A stretch of 64,000 nucleotides of DNA from Stegostoma tigrinum (Eukaryota), in contig NC_081399.1 of the NCBI RefSeq assembly GCF_030684315.1, positions 9,534,113 through 9,598,112 of the forward strand, read 5' to 3'. Positions 12,656 through 25,146 of this stretch are shown piece by piece. The position numbers were made by a program, and so were the translations under genes. Under the pieces are notes generated by a model that ran no database searches, was not told the DNA's origin, and was given only the letters and a program-made list of their open reading frames with translations. Position 1 is the stretch's first letter, and each line of letters starts with the position of its first letter.

Positions 12656-12704
12656 ATGCAGCTCCTCCTGGCCTTCGTGCTTCTGTTGCAGCTTGTTCCT
12701 GCAG
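12656..12704 (+). CDS. FCER1G: Fc receptor common gamma chain, exon 1 (signal peptide)
   Basis: gccATG context; MQLLLAFVLLLQLVPA + G|gtcagt; 49 coding nt, phase 1, joins exon 2 as GAA (E). Confidence 0.88.
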
Positions 12705-12738
12705 GTCAGTGATCCAGTTCCATGTTTCCCCAACCCCA

Positions 12739-13029
12739 NNNNNNNNNNNNNNNNNNNNNNNNNNNNNNNNNNNNNNNNNNNNNNNNNNNNNNNNNNNNNN
12801 NNNNNNNNNNNNNNNNNNNNNNNNNNNNNNNNNNNNNNNNNNNNNNNNNNNNNNNNNNNNNNNNNNNNNNNNNNNNNNNNNNNNNNNNNNNNNNNNNNNN
12901 NNNNNNNNNNNNNNNNNNNNNNNNNNNNNNNNNNNNNNNNNNNNNNNNNNNNNNNNNNNNNNNNNNNNNNNNNNNNNNNNNNNNNNNNNNNNNNNNNNNN
13001 NNNNNNNNNNNNNNNNNNNNNNNNNNNNN
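12739..13029. other. Assembly gap
   Basis: Run of N. Confidence 0.99.
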
Positions 13030-14349
13030 TCCTGTCTCCCTCTGCTCAGTTGATTTAAAGTGTTATCATTGTGCGTGGGGTTGATCTGATAAGCCTTAAG
13101 ACAGACAGACAGTGGCTTTAACAGGAATGGTGCTGGGCACAGGAAATGTGGGTGAGATAACCCACCTTAGTTGGCGGAAACTTCACTGCCCACACCGCCT
13201 CTGACCGATATCAGCTCCCCATTCACAGCGCCTCAACTTTAAAATGTTTTTCCTTATTTTGAGGCCTGTACAGACTTCCCTATCACTGCAATCTCTTCCA
13301 GCAGCTACACCCCCTCCCTATCTCTGTTCCTTTCTTTGTCTGGCTCTGATGTAACTCTGTAAAAGCTGTTCCAGCCGTGGTCTTATGAAGTGATTTGAAA
13401 GCCACCTACACAAATCCGAGATGATGTGGGGAAAATTGAGAGGACAGGGCTTCAGTGGCCTCCGAGCAGACAAGGCTATAGGGGGCATTGGATTGATTCA
13501 ATCAAAACAAGGGAGGGATTTTGAAAGAGTCATTGAGGGGGAACGGAGCGGTAGGAGGATTGGGAGCTGGAGCAGGGTCCAAAGGCCGGTGGGAGAGATG
13601 GGGATGGGGGTGGAATGTTTTGATGCAGTGTGATCCCAAACATGCTGCTGGTGGTGGGACGGCAGCGCAAGCAGGCATCTTCCAAAAATCAAGGGAATTG
13701 TCTGAGAAGGGATTAGCCAAATGGCGGGAGTGCAGTGTGGGTGGTGTTCTGGCAATGGGCTCGCGCTGGCCGAATGGTCTCTTTCCCCCTGTCGGCTTTC
13801 CAAAATTCAAGGTCTTCACTTGTGCAGACTGGGGTTGAAAGGAGCCAGAATTGAAAGTTTCACACTGGACCCAGCTCAAGCCCGCTCAGCACGCGCACGC
13901 TCGTTATGTTATAAGAACTGATGCTTTGAGTTTGGAACAGAAATGCCTATGACTCTTTTTTTTTCTTGTGCTGGGCGCTGGTCACTTGCAACATGCAGAA
14001 GCTAGGCCTGAAAACTGGGCCGAAGAGCCGCAGTGGAGCGGCATGTGGGGAGAATTTTGTCTAATAAACGCTCCTCGCACTTTCCTGTCAGTTTTGTGTC
14101 CAATTTCAGCAGAGTCCGTACCTCCCTGCCTGGTGACCAGGCCAGGGGTCGGCCTGCGACCCTCTGGGACGTTTTAAGTCTCACCTGCCCATACAAGTAT
14201 GCTTGAAATCAAACCCCATGCTAAAGATTCTCGAATAAGTATGTGCTCTCCAATTCACCTTTTTTTAGGCCCGGTTTCGCAGAAACAATGAGCCAGATCA
14301 CGACGTCTGTTTATCTTCCGATCAATCTATTCGAGAGATGTTATCACGC

Positions 14350-16380
14350 TACAAACAGGAACGGGCCCTCAGCCGACAATGTTGTGCTGACCATGATGCC
14401 AGATTAACCAATCCCTTCTGCCTGTCTTTTGGTCCATAGCCCTCCATCCCTCGTGTATTCATGTGCTTAGTTTTAAAAAAAACCCTAAACACCCCTATTG
14501 TATCTGCCCCCACCACCACCCCTTGGCACCGTGTTCCAGACTCCTACCACTGTCTGTAAAATAACTCTTTTTTCCCCCCCCCCCCCACCCCATCTCCTTT
14601 GAACTTTCCCCCTCTCACCTTCAATACATACCCACCCCAGTATTAGTCACTTCAACTTTCAGGGGGCTGGGAGGGGAAAAAGGGTTCTGACTCTCAACCC
14701 GATCTTATGCATCTCATACTTTTATACACTTCTTTAGGGTCCCCCCTCAACAGCCACCTAGATTCCCCTTACAGCTCCGACCTGTAATCCGGCAGCGTCC
14801 TGGTAACCTCTTCTGCACCCTGTCCAAAGCCTCCACATCCTTCCTGTAATGGGGCGACCAGAATTGAACACAATACTCTAAGTGCGGCCTGAGCAAAATC
14901 TTAGAAAACTGAAAAATGACATCCTGTCTCTTGTACTCAATTCCCTGACCAATAAAAGCAAACCCAATACCTTCTTGACCACCCCATGGACTTGTGTGGC
15001 CACTTTTGGGGAGCTATGGACTTGAACCCCAAGTTCCCTCTGGACATCAATGCTGTTCAGGGTCCTGCCATTAACTCTATGCCTTTCCTGAATATTTGGT
15101 CTCCCGAAGTGCATCACCTCACACTTACCCAGATTAAACTCCATCCTGCCCATTCCTGCTCCGATCCACATCCCGCTCTTATCCTTTGACAACCTGCACT
15201 TTCCACAGCTTCACCGATCTTGGCATCGCCTGCAAACTTCCTAACCTACCCATCCACATTTTCATCCAAGTCATTTATACACCTCACAAACAGCCGCCGT
15301 CCCAGTACGGATCCCTGTGGGACATCACTTATCACAACCCTCCAGCCTGAAAAACACTCTTCCACCACTACCCTCTGCCTTCTATAGACGAGCCAGATCT
15401 GAATCCAAGCAGCCAAGTCACTGTGGATCCCCTGCATTTTAATCTCCTGGATGGGACTAACATGAGGGACCTTGCGAAAGCCTTCCTGAAATCCATGTCA
15501 ACAACATCCATTGTCACTCTCATTTATCACCTCCTGAAAAAAAAATCAAGTCAGTAAGACATCTGCCCTGCATAAAGCCATATTTTTCCAAATGTGTGTC
15601 AATCCGATCCCCAAGAATTCTATCTGGGAGCTTCCCAGCCACCAAGGTGAGACTCACCAGTCTAGAGTTTCCTGGCTTATCCCTATTTCCCCTCTTGAAT
15701 AGCGGAAACAGCAATGGCCAGTCGCCAGTCTTCCAGGACTTTGTGTGGCTCGTGAGGATATAAACATTGTGGTCAATCCCTTCTTTTGCCTCTCACACTA
15801 ACCTGGGGCTAGATCCCATCGGGCCCTGGGGACTTAGCCACCTTAATGCTCTTCAAGAGACTCAACACCATTTCTTTCTGGATCTCAAAATGCCCTGGCA
15901 TATTCGCAAGCTCCCACACAAATTGCACTAACCTCCATATCCTTCTCCCAGGTGAAGAGTGATACAAAGCACTTATTGAGGATCTCATCCACATCCTCTG
16001 CATCCAAGCACAAGTCCCCTTCTTTATTCTCGTGTGTTCCTACCTTCTCGCTAGTTATCCTCTTGTTTATAATGTATCTACAGAATGCCTTGGAATTGTC
16101 TTTAACCCAATTTGTCAAGGTCATTTCATTGCCTTTTCTTGCTCTCCTAATTCCCTGCTTGAATTCTTTCCTACTCCTTTGTATTCTTCACTGTCTAACT
16201 TTAGTTCCCTAAATCTTACATATGCCTTCCTCTTCCACCTCCCTCTTTTTTTGACTAAATTCACAACTTCCCTCATTATCCAGGGGTCCCATACCTTGCC
16301 ATCCTTATCCCTCTTCCTTACTGGAACATGTCAATCCTGAACTTTCATCAGCACACCTTTGAACAGTTCCCACATGTTAA
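14350..16380 (-). mobile_element. Long decayed CR1 LINE (ORF2 tether, RT and 3' end)
   Basis: KSPGPDGI, LFKRGNRDKPGNSRLVSLT, DVPQGSVLG, MEFNLGKCEVMHFGR across frameshifts. Confidence 0.92.
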
Positions 16381-18399
16381 ATATGGACAAATTAAAACTC
16401 TAACCTCTGTATCCATTTGGCTTAGAGACTCAGGGGGAATATATAGCTTAAGCCAAAGGAAGATTGGTTGGGCTATTCTTTGGTTCCCAATCTCACATTG
16501 TTGAGATGATCCTCGTGTTGTTCTGAATTTTGCACCTCAGTTGTTCTTCTCCAGATGCTTCCACTGGCTTGCAAGAGGTGCAGGGTGGCTGGTTTTCTTG
16601 TGACAGCTCACTTTCTTGTCAGTGAAAAGTCAGAGTTTGCAGCACCTGCTGGAGGGAAAAAAGTGTACTGTTTTAAATCAGATTTGAAATGGACAGGAGT
16701 GACTGGAGAGGTTCAGCAGATCTGGAAGCTGCTGTGGTGAGAGAAACAGATATTTTGAGTCCAGCATGGCTTCTTCCAGACTTCTGTCCTGAACTATTTC
16801 ACCAAGAGCATGCAGATTGTGCTTCAGTCCTGTGGACTTGCTTCATGTGAACAAATAAAACACAATTAATTCCACCCGTGATTGACGGCAAAATGTTTTA
16901 TTTAAGTCTTACCCACCTGCAGTCAAATCAGCGCCGCGCTGTCGGAGGGTCAGCGCCGAAGGAGTGCCACGTGGTCAGAAGGATAATGTTGAGGAGGGGT
17001 TTGAGCTATTTTTTGTGGATCCCCAGCCTCTCCCTACACTTCAAACTCTCCAACCTGAGGAGGAAAGTGGAGGCTTTGAATATATTTTAAGGCAGCGAGC
17101 GAGAGAATGTTTTTAAAGAAGGTGGCGAGAGGTGGGACTGTGGCGTTGTCAGAGATTCCTCACCTCATCAAATGGAGAATCAGGCTCAAGGAATGGAGGG
17201 AAAATACTCATTCTTTTGGTATTCGTGAATCCACAAGTGAGGTGATGGTTTGGAGGTCAGCGATTTCAGAGGCAGGGTGAAGAGCTGTGTTGAGAATCGG
17301 GATGGTTGTGGGGTTTGGAGTGAGCGGAGTTTGAGGAAGTGAGATAATAGAGGTACTGAGGAGGAGAAATTGGGATATGGGGAAAAGGATGAGCCAGAGG
17401 AAGGTGACCGTTTCAAAATGCCTCTCAATGGTATCAGTTTCAGAACTTTGTAGGCTCTGACCAGACCCTCTTATCTGCTACAAAATGGCAGATGCTGGAA
17501 AAAGCAAAAATGGGTCACACTGGGTTCACAGCCTCCTGTCTGTCTCTGCAGTATATTACAGCTCCGTCCTCCGCCAATGTGAGTTTTTGGCGCAATGCTC
17601 CGTCTAGCTAATAACTGTGAGACCACAGTATGCTGTCGACCCAGTGTTCTCAGCAATGGAGCAGGTTCGGATACACTGTAAAGCTCTCTCTACACCGTCC
17701 CCCATCAAACACTCCCAGGGATAGGGACAGCACGGGGTTAGATGCAGAGTAAAGCTTCCATTTTTAAACTGAAAATAAAGGGAACGTAATGGCAGGATAG
17801 GTAGTGCGGCACTAGAGCAAATTTGAATTCATGGACAGCGAGATCGGGGAGGATGTTTAGCCTGTGTGAGTAATATTTGCCTGAATAAGTCCGAGGCTGA
17901 GTGAGTATGCCTAGCACCTGAACAGAAGTTACTGGAAAAGCTCAGCAGGGCCTGGCAGCGTCTGTGAAGGAGAAAAACCAAAGATAACATTTCGGGTGCG
18001 GGGACCCTTCCTCACAGCCGTTCACAGTATCTGCAGTCCTTTCGGTTTTTATTGAGTATATCTGGCGATTTCAAAGTAAGAGGAACGTTTGTCAAGGTCT
18101 TTTTCGAGTTCCATTGTAGTTTGAAGCTAAGAGTCTGACCACAAACTAACAGCCTTTTTGCACATTAAAATAGCCCTCCTTAAACTTGCAGCTGGTCCAT
18201 CGTGACCTTACCTATAAATAACATGAAACCCTCGCGTGAAATTGCTTCCAGCACAAAGCCAAACTGAAAAGTGGCTCCTCCTCGCAGCTTGGCGAATAAA
18301 GGGGTTTTTAACTTCTGGTGTAGGGGAGTCTTTTCCTGGATGAGAGACCTGGGAATTTAGTTCAACGTGGAAATTTAAGGGTGACCTGAGCAAGGGTTA

Positions 18400-18695
18400 C
18401 TGCAATGGTGTATCTCAAGGGTATTAACCCAGAAATATTCCGAGGGACCTAGTTTTGAACCCCACAGTGGCAGATGGTGGAATTTGAACTGGACCAAAAA
18501 TTTGGAAGCATCGTGATTGCTGGGAGAGCTTACCTGGTTCGCTGATGTGATTTAGGGAAGGAATTCTGTTTGCCCTGTCCTGGTCTGGCCTTACGTTTGA
18601 CCCCAGGGACTATGCAATTACTTTGACTGCCCTCTGAGCAATTAGGGAGGGGCAGTAACTGCTGAGCCTAGCCACATCCCCTGAGTGAATTTAAA
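18400..18695 (+). mobile_element. Second SINE family (3' tail shared with LINE family B), degenerate
   Basis: Homologous to 24775-25115 in reverse (ggcagatggtggaatttgaa, ggttcgctgatg..ttagggaagga). Confidence 0.65.
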
Positions 18696-19204
18696 AGCAG
18701 GCAGCGCAGTGCAGTGTTTGAAGTGTACATGTGGGAGTGACACTTTTTTACAATAATTTCATTGCTGGGCGATGGATGTTCACGATTGTCTTAAAAGTTG
18801 GTGCAAATCAGAAAAGTCTCTTGTTTGGAAAGATGTCGCTATTCTTGGATTTAACTGAGAAACACCGAGAATGAGGAAAAGTCAATCCCAGCGGGTAATG
18901 AAACTCGTCTGAGGCAGACTCCTTTGGAAGGGGACGGAAAAGCAAGTGATGGTAGCACAGCTCAGCGAAGTGGTGCCGGTGGCCCGTCATATGAGGGGAA
19001 ATTGAGGACCTGACTGAGGGAAGGAAGAGAGAAAAGAGCAATAATCATCGGGGGCTGGGGGGAAACAGACTATCCTGTGGCCCATTCGCATGACCAAGAA
19101 GGGCATGCTCTCCCCCTGGGAGCGCGATGTCATAGGGAGACTAAGGGAGGGTGATCAGCCAGTTATGGAGTACCAATGACTTGGAATGTGATCCATAAGG
19201 GAAA

Positions 19205-19650
19205 GGAACTCATGAGTAGGCCATTCAGCCCCTCAAGCCTGCTCCACCATTCAATAGGATCATGGCCAATTTGGCACTTAGAAACATAGAATTTTACAGT
19301 ACAGCCATTCGACAAAACATGTCCATACAAGCTCGCAAAAGATCTACCCAGCCAGCCCTGTCTCCGTAGCCCTCTCAATCCATCACTTCCAAATATACTT
19401 GCAGCTCTCTTCTGAAACCTCGAATGGAATCTGCCTCCACGACTCTCCCAGGCAGTGCATCCCAAATACAAACACCACGTTGTTGAGGCCGCTTCTGGAA
19501 TACTGCGTGTAATCCCGGTCTCCCTGCTACAGGAAGGATGTTGTGAAACGTGAAAGGGTTCAGAAAAGATTTACGAGGATGTTAGAGGGCTTGAGCTACA
19601 GGGAGAGGCTGAGGCTATTTTCCCTGGAACGCCGGGGGCTGAGGAGGCAT
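19205..19650. mobile_element. Adjacent CR1 fragments (minus-strand 3' ends, then plus-strand LEYCV*...ERVQKRFTRML)
   Basis: CR1 3' UTR motifs and ORF2 C-terminal translation. Confidence 0.75.
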
Positions 19651-19810
19651 GTAATAGGGTGGAAAAGGCGTGCAAGCATATGGGGCAAAGGGAAAAGACT
19701 GAACATAGATATGATGCTCAGTTCGAAAGCTGTTGCACACGCAGTGGGTTCAATAAGCTCGATGAGCATTGAAACGATTCTGTAAAATTAAAATCACAAA
19801 GTTTAGACCG

Positions 19811-19985
19811 TCAGTACTTACTGACCCTCTGACAGTGCGGGGCTCCCTCAGTACTGACCCTCCAACAGTGCCCACTCCCTCAGCACTGACCCTCCGACAG
19901 TGCCCACTCCCTCAGCGCTGACCCTCCGACAGTGCCCATTCCCTCAGCACTGACCCTCCGACAGTGCCCGCTCCCTCAGTTCTGA
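19811..19985 (+). repeat. 32-bp minisatellite, ~5 units
   Basis: actgaccctccgacagtgcccactccctcagc, same unit as 47517-50786. Confidence 0.9.
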
Positions 19986-20400
19986 TTCACGTTTAATTTT
20001 CATTGAATTTTGCTGTTTGCATTTTCCAGTGAATGTGACGATATCTGTCCCAAACATGTTGCAGAGAAGTCCATGTTTATCACAACATTTGTTTCACCAT
20101 AGTTCCTCTTGAGAAATTCCCTGCTGGTGTTTTGTCATATCGTGCAGAGCCTCTCAAACTATGGCTGAGCTTTAAATCCCAATAGAACCGGTCTCAGCTG
20201 TCAGGAAAGTGAGCTGGTTTTCATCTGTTAAAAATAGTCCCTGTGGTGTTGATGAACAGATGGAATTTACCATGTCATAAATCCAATACTGGACTCAGCG
20301 TCTCTTTCTCCACCATACTTACGCTGCCCCCAGATGTGTTTTGCGTGATAAATAATCTGTCCAATCTCCATCCGTTCGCCCTGTTACAAAAGCCCGGCAA

Positions 20401-20630
20401 CACCATTTATTGCAGCATCTGTGAAGGGAAAAGCAGAATTAACATTTCGGGTGTTGTGACCCGTCCTCATGACTGTTCTGAGGAAGAGTCACCCCGGACC
20501 CAAAACGCTAACTCTGTTTTCTCTTCCACAGATGCTGCCAGACCTGCTGAGCTTTTCCAGCAACTTCTGTTTTTGTTCTTGATTTCCAGCATCCGCAGTT
20601 CTTTTAGTTTTTATCACCATTTATTGCAGC
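20401..20630. mobile_element. Fold-back Penelope-like short element with 16-bp TSD
   Basis: caccatttattgcagc at 20401-20416 and 20615-20630; imperfect inverted arms each with a degenerate hammerhead-like core. Confidence 0.75.
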
Positions 20631-20909
20631 TCACCACATTACCAGAAGGATGTGGATGCTTTGTTTGGTTATTTATTTATTTATTATTCATTTGTTGCAT
20701 GTACGATGCAGAGGAATACATAAAAACGGAGAAACTGGGCAGCGTTTTCACTCACTGGCACCCACTTGGTTACAAAAGCCATCATTAGATGGTTGTGGCA
20801 GAGCCAAAAGGTGAGCAAGAAAAAGAGGGAACTCCAGTTCTCAGGGCCCCAAGTCCCATCTCCGCAGCAGTGCAAGCACCGCTCCATTCACTGGGACACC
20901 CGTGGGGGC

Positions 20910-21395
20910 TCTCACCATCACCGTCTTCCCTCTCACCATCACCACCCTAACCATCACCCTCCTCACAGTCACCCCCTCACCTCACCCCCCCTCACAGTCA
21001 CCCCCCTCACCGTCACCCCCCTCACCGTCACCCCCCCCTCGCCGTCACCCCCCCTCACCGTCACCCCCCTCACCGTCACCCCCCTCACCGTCACCCCCCT
21101 CACCGTCACCGCCCTCACAGTCACCCCCCTCACCGTCACCCCCCCCTCGCCGTCACCCCCCCCTCGCCGTCACCCCCTCACAATCACCCACCCTCACTCT
21201 CACCCCTCACCCCACCCCCTCACCTCACCCCCCCTCACAGTCACCCCCCCCTCACTGTCACCCCCCCACCCCCTCACCATCACCGTCTGCACCGTCACCC
21301 CCGCTCACTGTCACCCTCTTTCACCGTCACCCTCACCATCACCCCCCTCACCGTCACCGCCCGCACCGGTGAGCCCCCCCCCCCCCCCCCCCCAC
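20910..21395 (+). repeat. C-rich (tcaccccc/tcaccg) degenerate simple repeat
   Basis: Visible ~15-bp periodicity ccgtcacccccctca. Confidence 0.9.
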
Positions 21396-21679
21396 TGTTG
21401 ATCCCCTGCTGACCCTTCAGCCCACGTTTGATCTGCTGTCACTACAGGGCACAGTGCTTGCATTCAGCTCTCTCCCACATGGCTCCCAGTCACGGGCCAA
21501 CTCCTGAGGCCGGTGTATATAAAGGCAGGATATGTGGGGGCGGGGGGGTGTGGAATAGACCTACTGCAGAGAGGAATGAGATGAAGAAGAGAAAAAGAGA
21601 GGAAAGGGGAAAGGGAACTGGGGTGCAGAGAGGAGCTCCAAATGGACCGACCCATCCTGCTGCCATCTTGCTTTGGACA

Positions 21680-22135
21680 GGGTACAGAAAAGGTTCACCA
21701 GGATGATGCCTGGTGTGGGGGGGATTTTCGCGATGATAGGCTGGGTTTATTTTTCCTGGAACGCAGGAGGTTGAGGGGCGGCCTGATGGGGGTTTATAAG
21801 ATCGTGAATCGCATGGACAGAGTCGAAAGCATAAGGCTTTTTCCCAGGGTGGAAGGGTCAGTTACGAGGGGACACAGGCTTGAGGTTAGTGGGGGGTGGG
21901 GGGGGTGGCTGGGGGATGTTTTTCACACAAAGTGGGGTGAGTGCCTGGAACGCACTGCCAAAGGAGGTGTTGGAAGCAGGATTCAAGAAACACTTGGACA
22001 AATGCTCAAATAGGAAGCGAACACAGGGATATGGATCCTGTAAGTGAAGACAGTTTTCGTATGGAAGGGCAAAATGTGTCGGCACAGGCTTAGAGGGGCT
22101 GAAAGGCCTGTCGCTGTGCTGTATTGATCTTTGTT
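21680..22135 (+). mobile_element. CR1 LINE 3' fragment
   Basis: RLGLFFLERRRLRGGLMGVYKI, RLFPRVEGSVTRGH. Confidence 0.85.
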
Positions 22136-23329
22136 CTATCTAAAGCCAGTTTAAATGTTTGTCATAGCTTTCTGCTGGCAGGTAATAGTCAGAGAAGTAA
22201 GATGACATCGCCATGTTTCTGCTCTCTCATTAGAGAGACTGAGACATTATTGGAGAGGAAGGGAACTGTGGTGGTTTAAACTGACGGTCACCACGCCTTA
22301 GGTGAGACAAAGATGGAGAAGCCAGAACTTAGAGGTAACTTCTGCCAGCGTCATTACTACCCTGTAATTGTGGAATCTGATAAAGCTCTGTCATTGTCAC
22401 CACGCTGACCTTGCGATAAATCCATTGGCAGTCAGTGTTTTAGACACAATCACAATAGGGTGAGCGCTAATTATTTCAATAATACAATTGTCAATTGGGA
22501 GCCTAAATTCTTCCTTCAGTTCCACTAATTTCCTTGGGTTGAGTCTGTAATGATGTTGATTTATGGGTAAAGCATCTCCTATATTAACATCTTACGCAGT
22601 CCACATTGTATTTACCTTGAAGCATGAGGATTTCTCCTGTCTTATTTATGATTCTATAACAGCTTTTATAAGTCTGTGCTGGGAGATAGCATAATATTTC
22701 AAGCTCCTCTATGTTGTACAATTTGATCATGGGAGGGTTGACTTTTAAATTTTCAATTTCTGATTTTGTTTCTCATCATACTGATGTTTTCATTTTACAT
22801 CCATTTACGTCAGCACTAAAACAGACTATTTCACTGTCCCCCCCCCCCCCCCCCCACCCCCTTAGTATTTCTCCCATCCATTAACATTGCACACCTACTG
22901 AATTATCCTTCCGTCTGGAGAACTCACCACGTACTTCACATTGTGGAGTTTCTTTTTGATTTTCTAAATTGCAGCGAACATTGTTTTTAATGGATCCTCA
23001 AGAGACAGGAAACAACACACAAGCCTTTGCAACAAAAACATAATTTTGCACATTGGCCTTTTTATCAGCTCTAGCTTTCATCGTTTGATGAACATTTTTC
23101 AAATTCATTTTGACCAGCTCCTACTTTGGTTGGCTTTTACTTCTGAAACTGACACATAGTTTGAAAGTATAGTCTCTGAGCTTTGATTTGTAACTTTTTC
23201 TTCAATCAATTTAAGGTTTCCTTGCAACTCATGTCCATATTATTAGTTGAAATGGACTGATCTGTGGACTCATTAGGTGCATCCCTAATGGCAAACAGTA
23301 ACAAGGGTATTCCTTAAGTCCAATCGTCA

Positions 23330-24485
23330 AGATGTGGCTGGCGATAACTTCCAGTCACGTTCTTTTAAGGTTTCAAGGATGCTTTCCTGACTGGAGGCCT
23401 GTGATCAGCGGTGTTCCTCAAGGATCAGTGGAACTCCCGTTGTTTGTAATAAACATGAATGATTCGGCTGAAAATGTAGGCAGTCAATTAGTAATTTTGC
23501 AGACAGCATAAACAGTGGTGGGTTTTGTGGATTGTAAAGAAGGACATCAAAGGATACAGCAGGATATAAATCAGTTGGGAAGTTGGGTGGAAAAATGGCA
23601 GATGGAGTTTAATCCAGACAAGTGTGCGGTGATAAGGTGTGGAGCTGGAGGAACACAGCAGGCCAGGCAGCATCAGAGGAGCAGGAAAGCTGACGTTTTG
23701 GTCTGGACCCTTCTTCAGAAATGGGGGAGGGGAAGGAATACATTCTTGGAGGTCAAACGCAGGAGGGAAGTATACAGTAAATAGCAGGGACCCTGAGGAG
23801 CATTGATATACAGAGGGGTCTTGGGGTGCAAGCGATTAGCTCCCTGCACGTGGATCGGGTGGTAAAAAAGGCTTATGGCGTGCATGCTTTCATCGGTTGG
23901 GGCACTGAGTATAAATGTTAGCAAGTCATATTGCAGATGTATAAAACTTTTATTAAGGCTGTATTTGGAGTATTGTGCGCAGTCCTCGTCACCACGCTAT
24001 TGGAAGGATGTGGAGGCTCTGGAGAGGGTGCAGAAGAGGTTTACGAGGATGTTGCCTGGATGGGGATGTATTAGCTACAAGGAGAGAGGGTGGACAATCT
24101 TGGACTGTTTTCGCTGGAGACTGAGGGGCGACCTGGTAGAAGTGTATAAAATTATAAGAGGTATGAATGGATGCAACTTTTCCCGGGGTGGGCATGTCAA
24201 ATACTTGGGGGCAAAAGTTTAAGGTGAGAGCAGGAAAGTTTAAGGGAGGTGTGTGAGGCTAGTGTTTTTACACAGTGGGTGGTAGGCGTCTGGAGTGCAC
24301 TGTGGGAGAAGGTGGTAGAAGCAGATGCAATAGCAATGTTTAAGAGGCATTTACTCAGACACACATGAAGAGGCAGGGAATAGGGGGACATGGATCATGT
24401 GAAGGCAGATGGGATTAGTTTAGAATGGCATCATGGTCAGCACAGACATGGTGGGCCGAAGGACCTGTTCCTCTGCTCCCGTCCT
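23330..24485 (+). mobile_element. Decayed CR1 LINE with a nested Penelope-like insert (~23632-23738)
   Basis: GVPQGS, WQMEFNPDKC, LEYCAQ...ALERVQKRFTRMLPG; the insert splits the KCAVI / HxGG-like motif. Confidence 0.9.
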
Positions 24486-24774
24486 CTGTTTTCAAATTCC
24501 TTGAGATTGCAGACAGGAGGCCAAAGAGGTACATTGTCACATTTTCTAATAACTTATCTTTTTTACAAATACTTCTGACATAAGATTTGAACCTTGATCT
24601 GATTGTATTTCTCTGGGTAATTCATATCTTGATTCAACATTTTGTGAGTCTCTTATAAAATTACATCGCATCACTTAGAGGAACTACCAATTGATTAGGT
24701 TGCGTTGCATAAAATTCTCGATCCGGGATCCATCAGTTGCCTTTCTATTTCGGAAGATGAGCTGAATACTTTCT

Positions 24775-25115
24775 TATTGTTCATTTATGGGATGAGCGTG
24801 TTGCTGGCCAGGGTAGCATTTATTACCCGTTCCCTAATTGCCCAGGGGGCAGATGAGAGTCAACCACATTGCTGTGGGTCTGGAGTCACATGTAGGCCAG
24901 ACCAGGTAAGGATGGCAGTTTCCTTCCCTAAAGGGCATCAGTGAACCAGGTGGGTTTTTCCCAACAATCGACAATAGATTCACGGTCACCATTAGATTAA
25001 TTCCAGATATTTTATTGAATTCAGATTCCACCATCTGCCGCGGCAGGATTCGAAAGGCCTGTAGAATGTTATCTGGGTCTCTGGGTTGGCAGTCCAGTGA
25101 TAATGCCACAGGCTA
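24775..25115 (-). mobile_element. Second SINE family, near full length
   Basis: B-box-like ttcgaatcc on the minus strand; 3' end ...gtaataaatgctaccctggccagcaacacgctcatcccataaatgaa resembles the LINE family B tail. Confidence 0.7.
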
Positions 25116-25146
25116 TTGCTTTGTGTACTATGTATCATTTTTGCCT

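Noticed and set aside
12693-13084. ORFs spanning N runs (also 37937-39077)
   Set aside because: Artefacts of assembly gaps, apart from the embedded 21-nt FCER1G exon 4
13943-14177. Signal-peptide-like MTLFFLVLGAGHLQHAEA
   Set aside because: Needs a frameshift in a T homopolymer, has no splice donor and no recognisable continuation
16608-18348. Minus-strand exon pair (18348-18212 and an acceptor near 16648) as a nested antisense gene
   Set aside because: Splice-like sites only; the peptides resemble nothing I recognise
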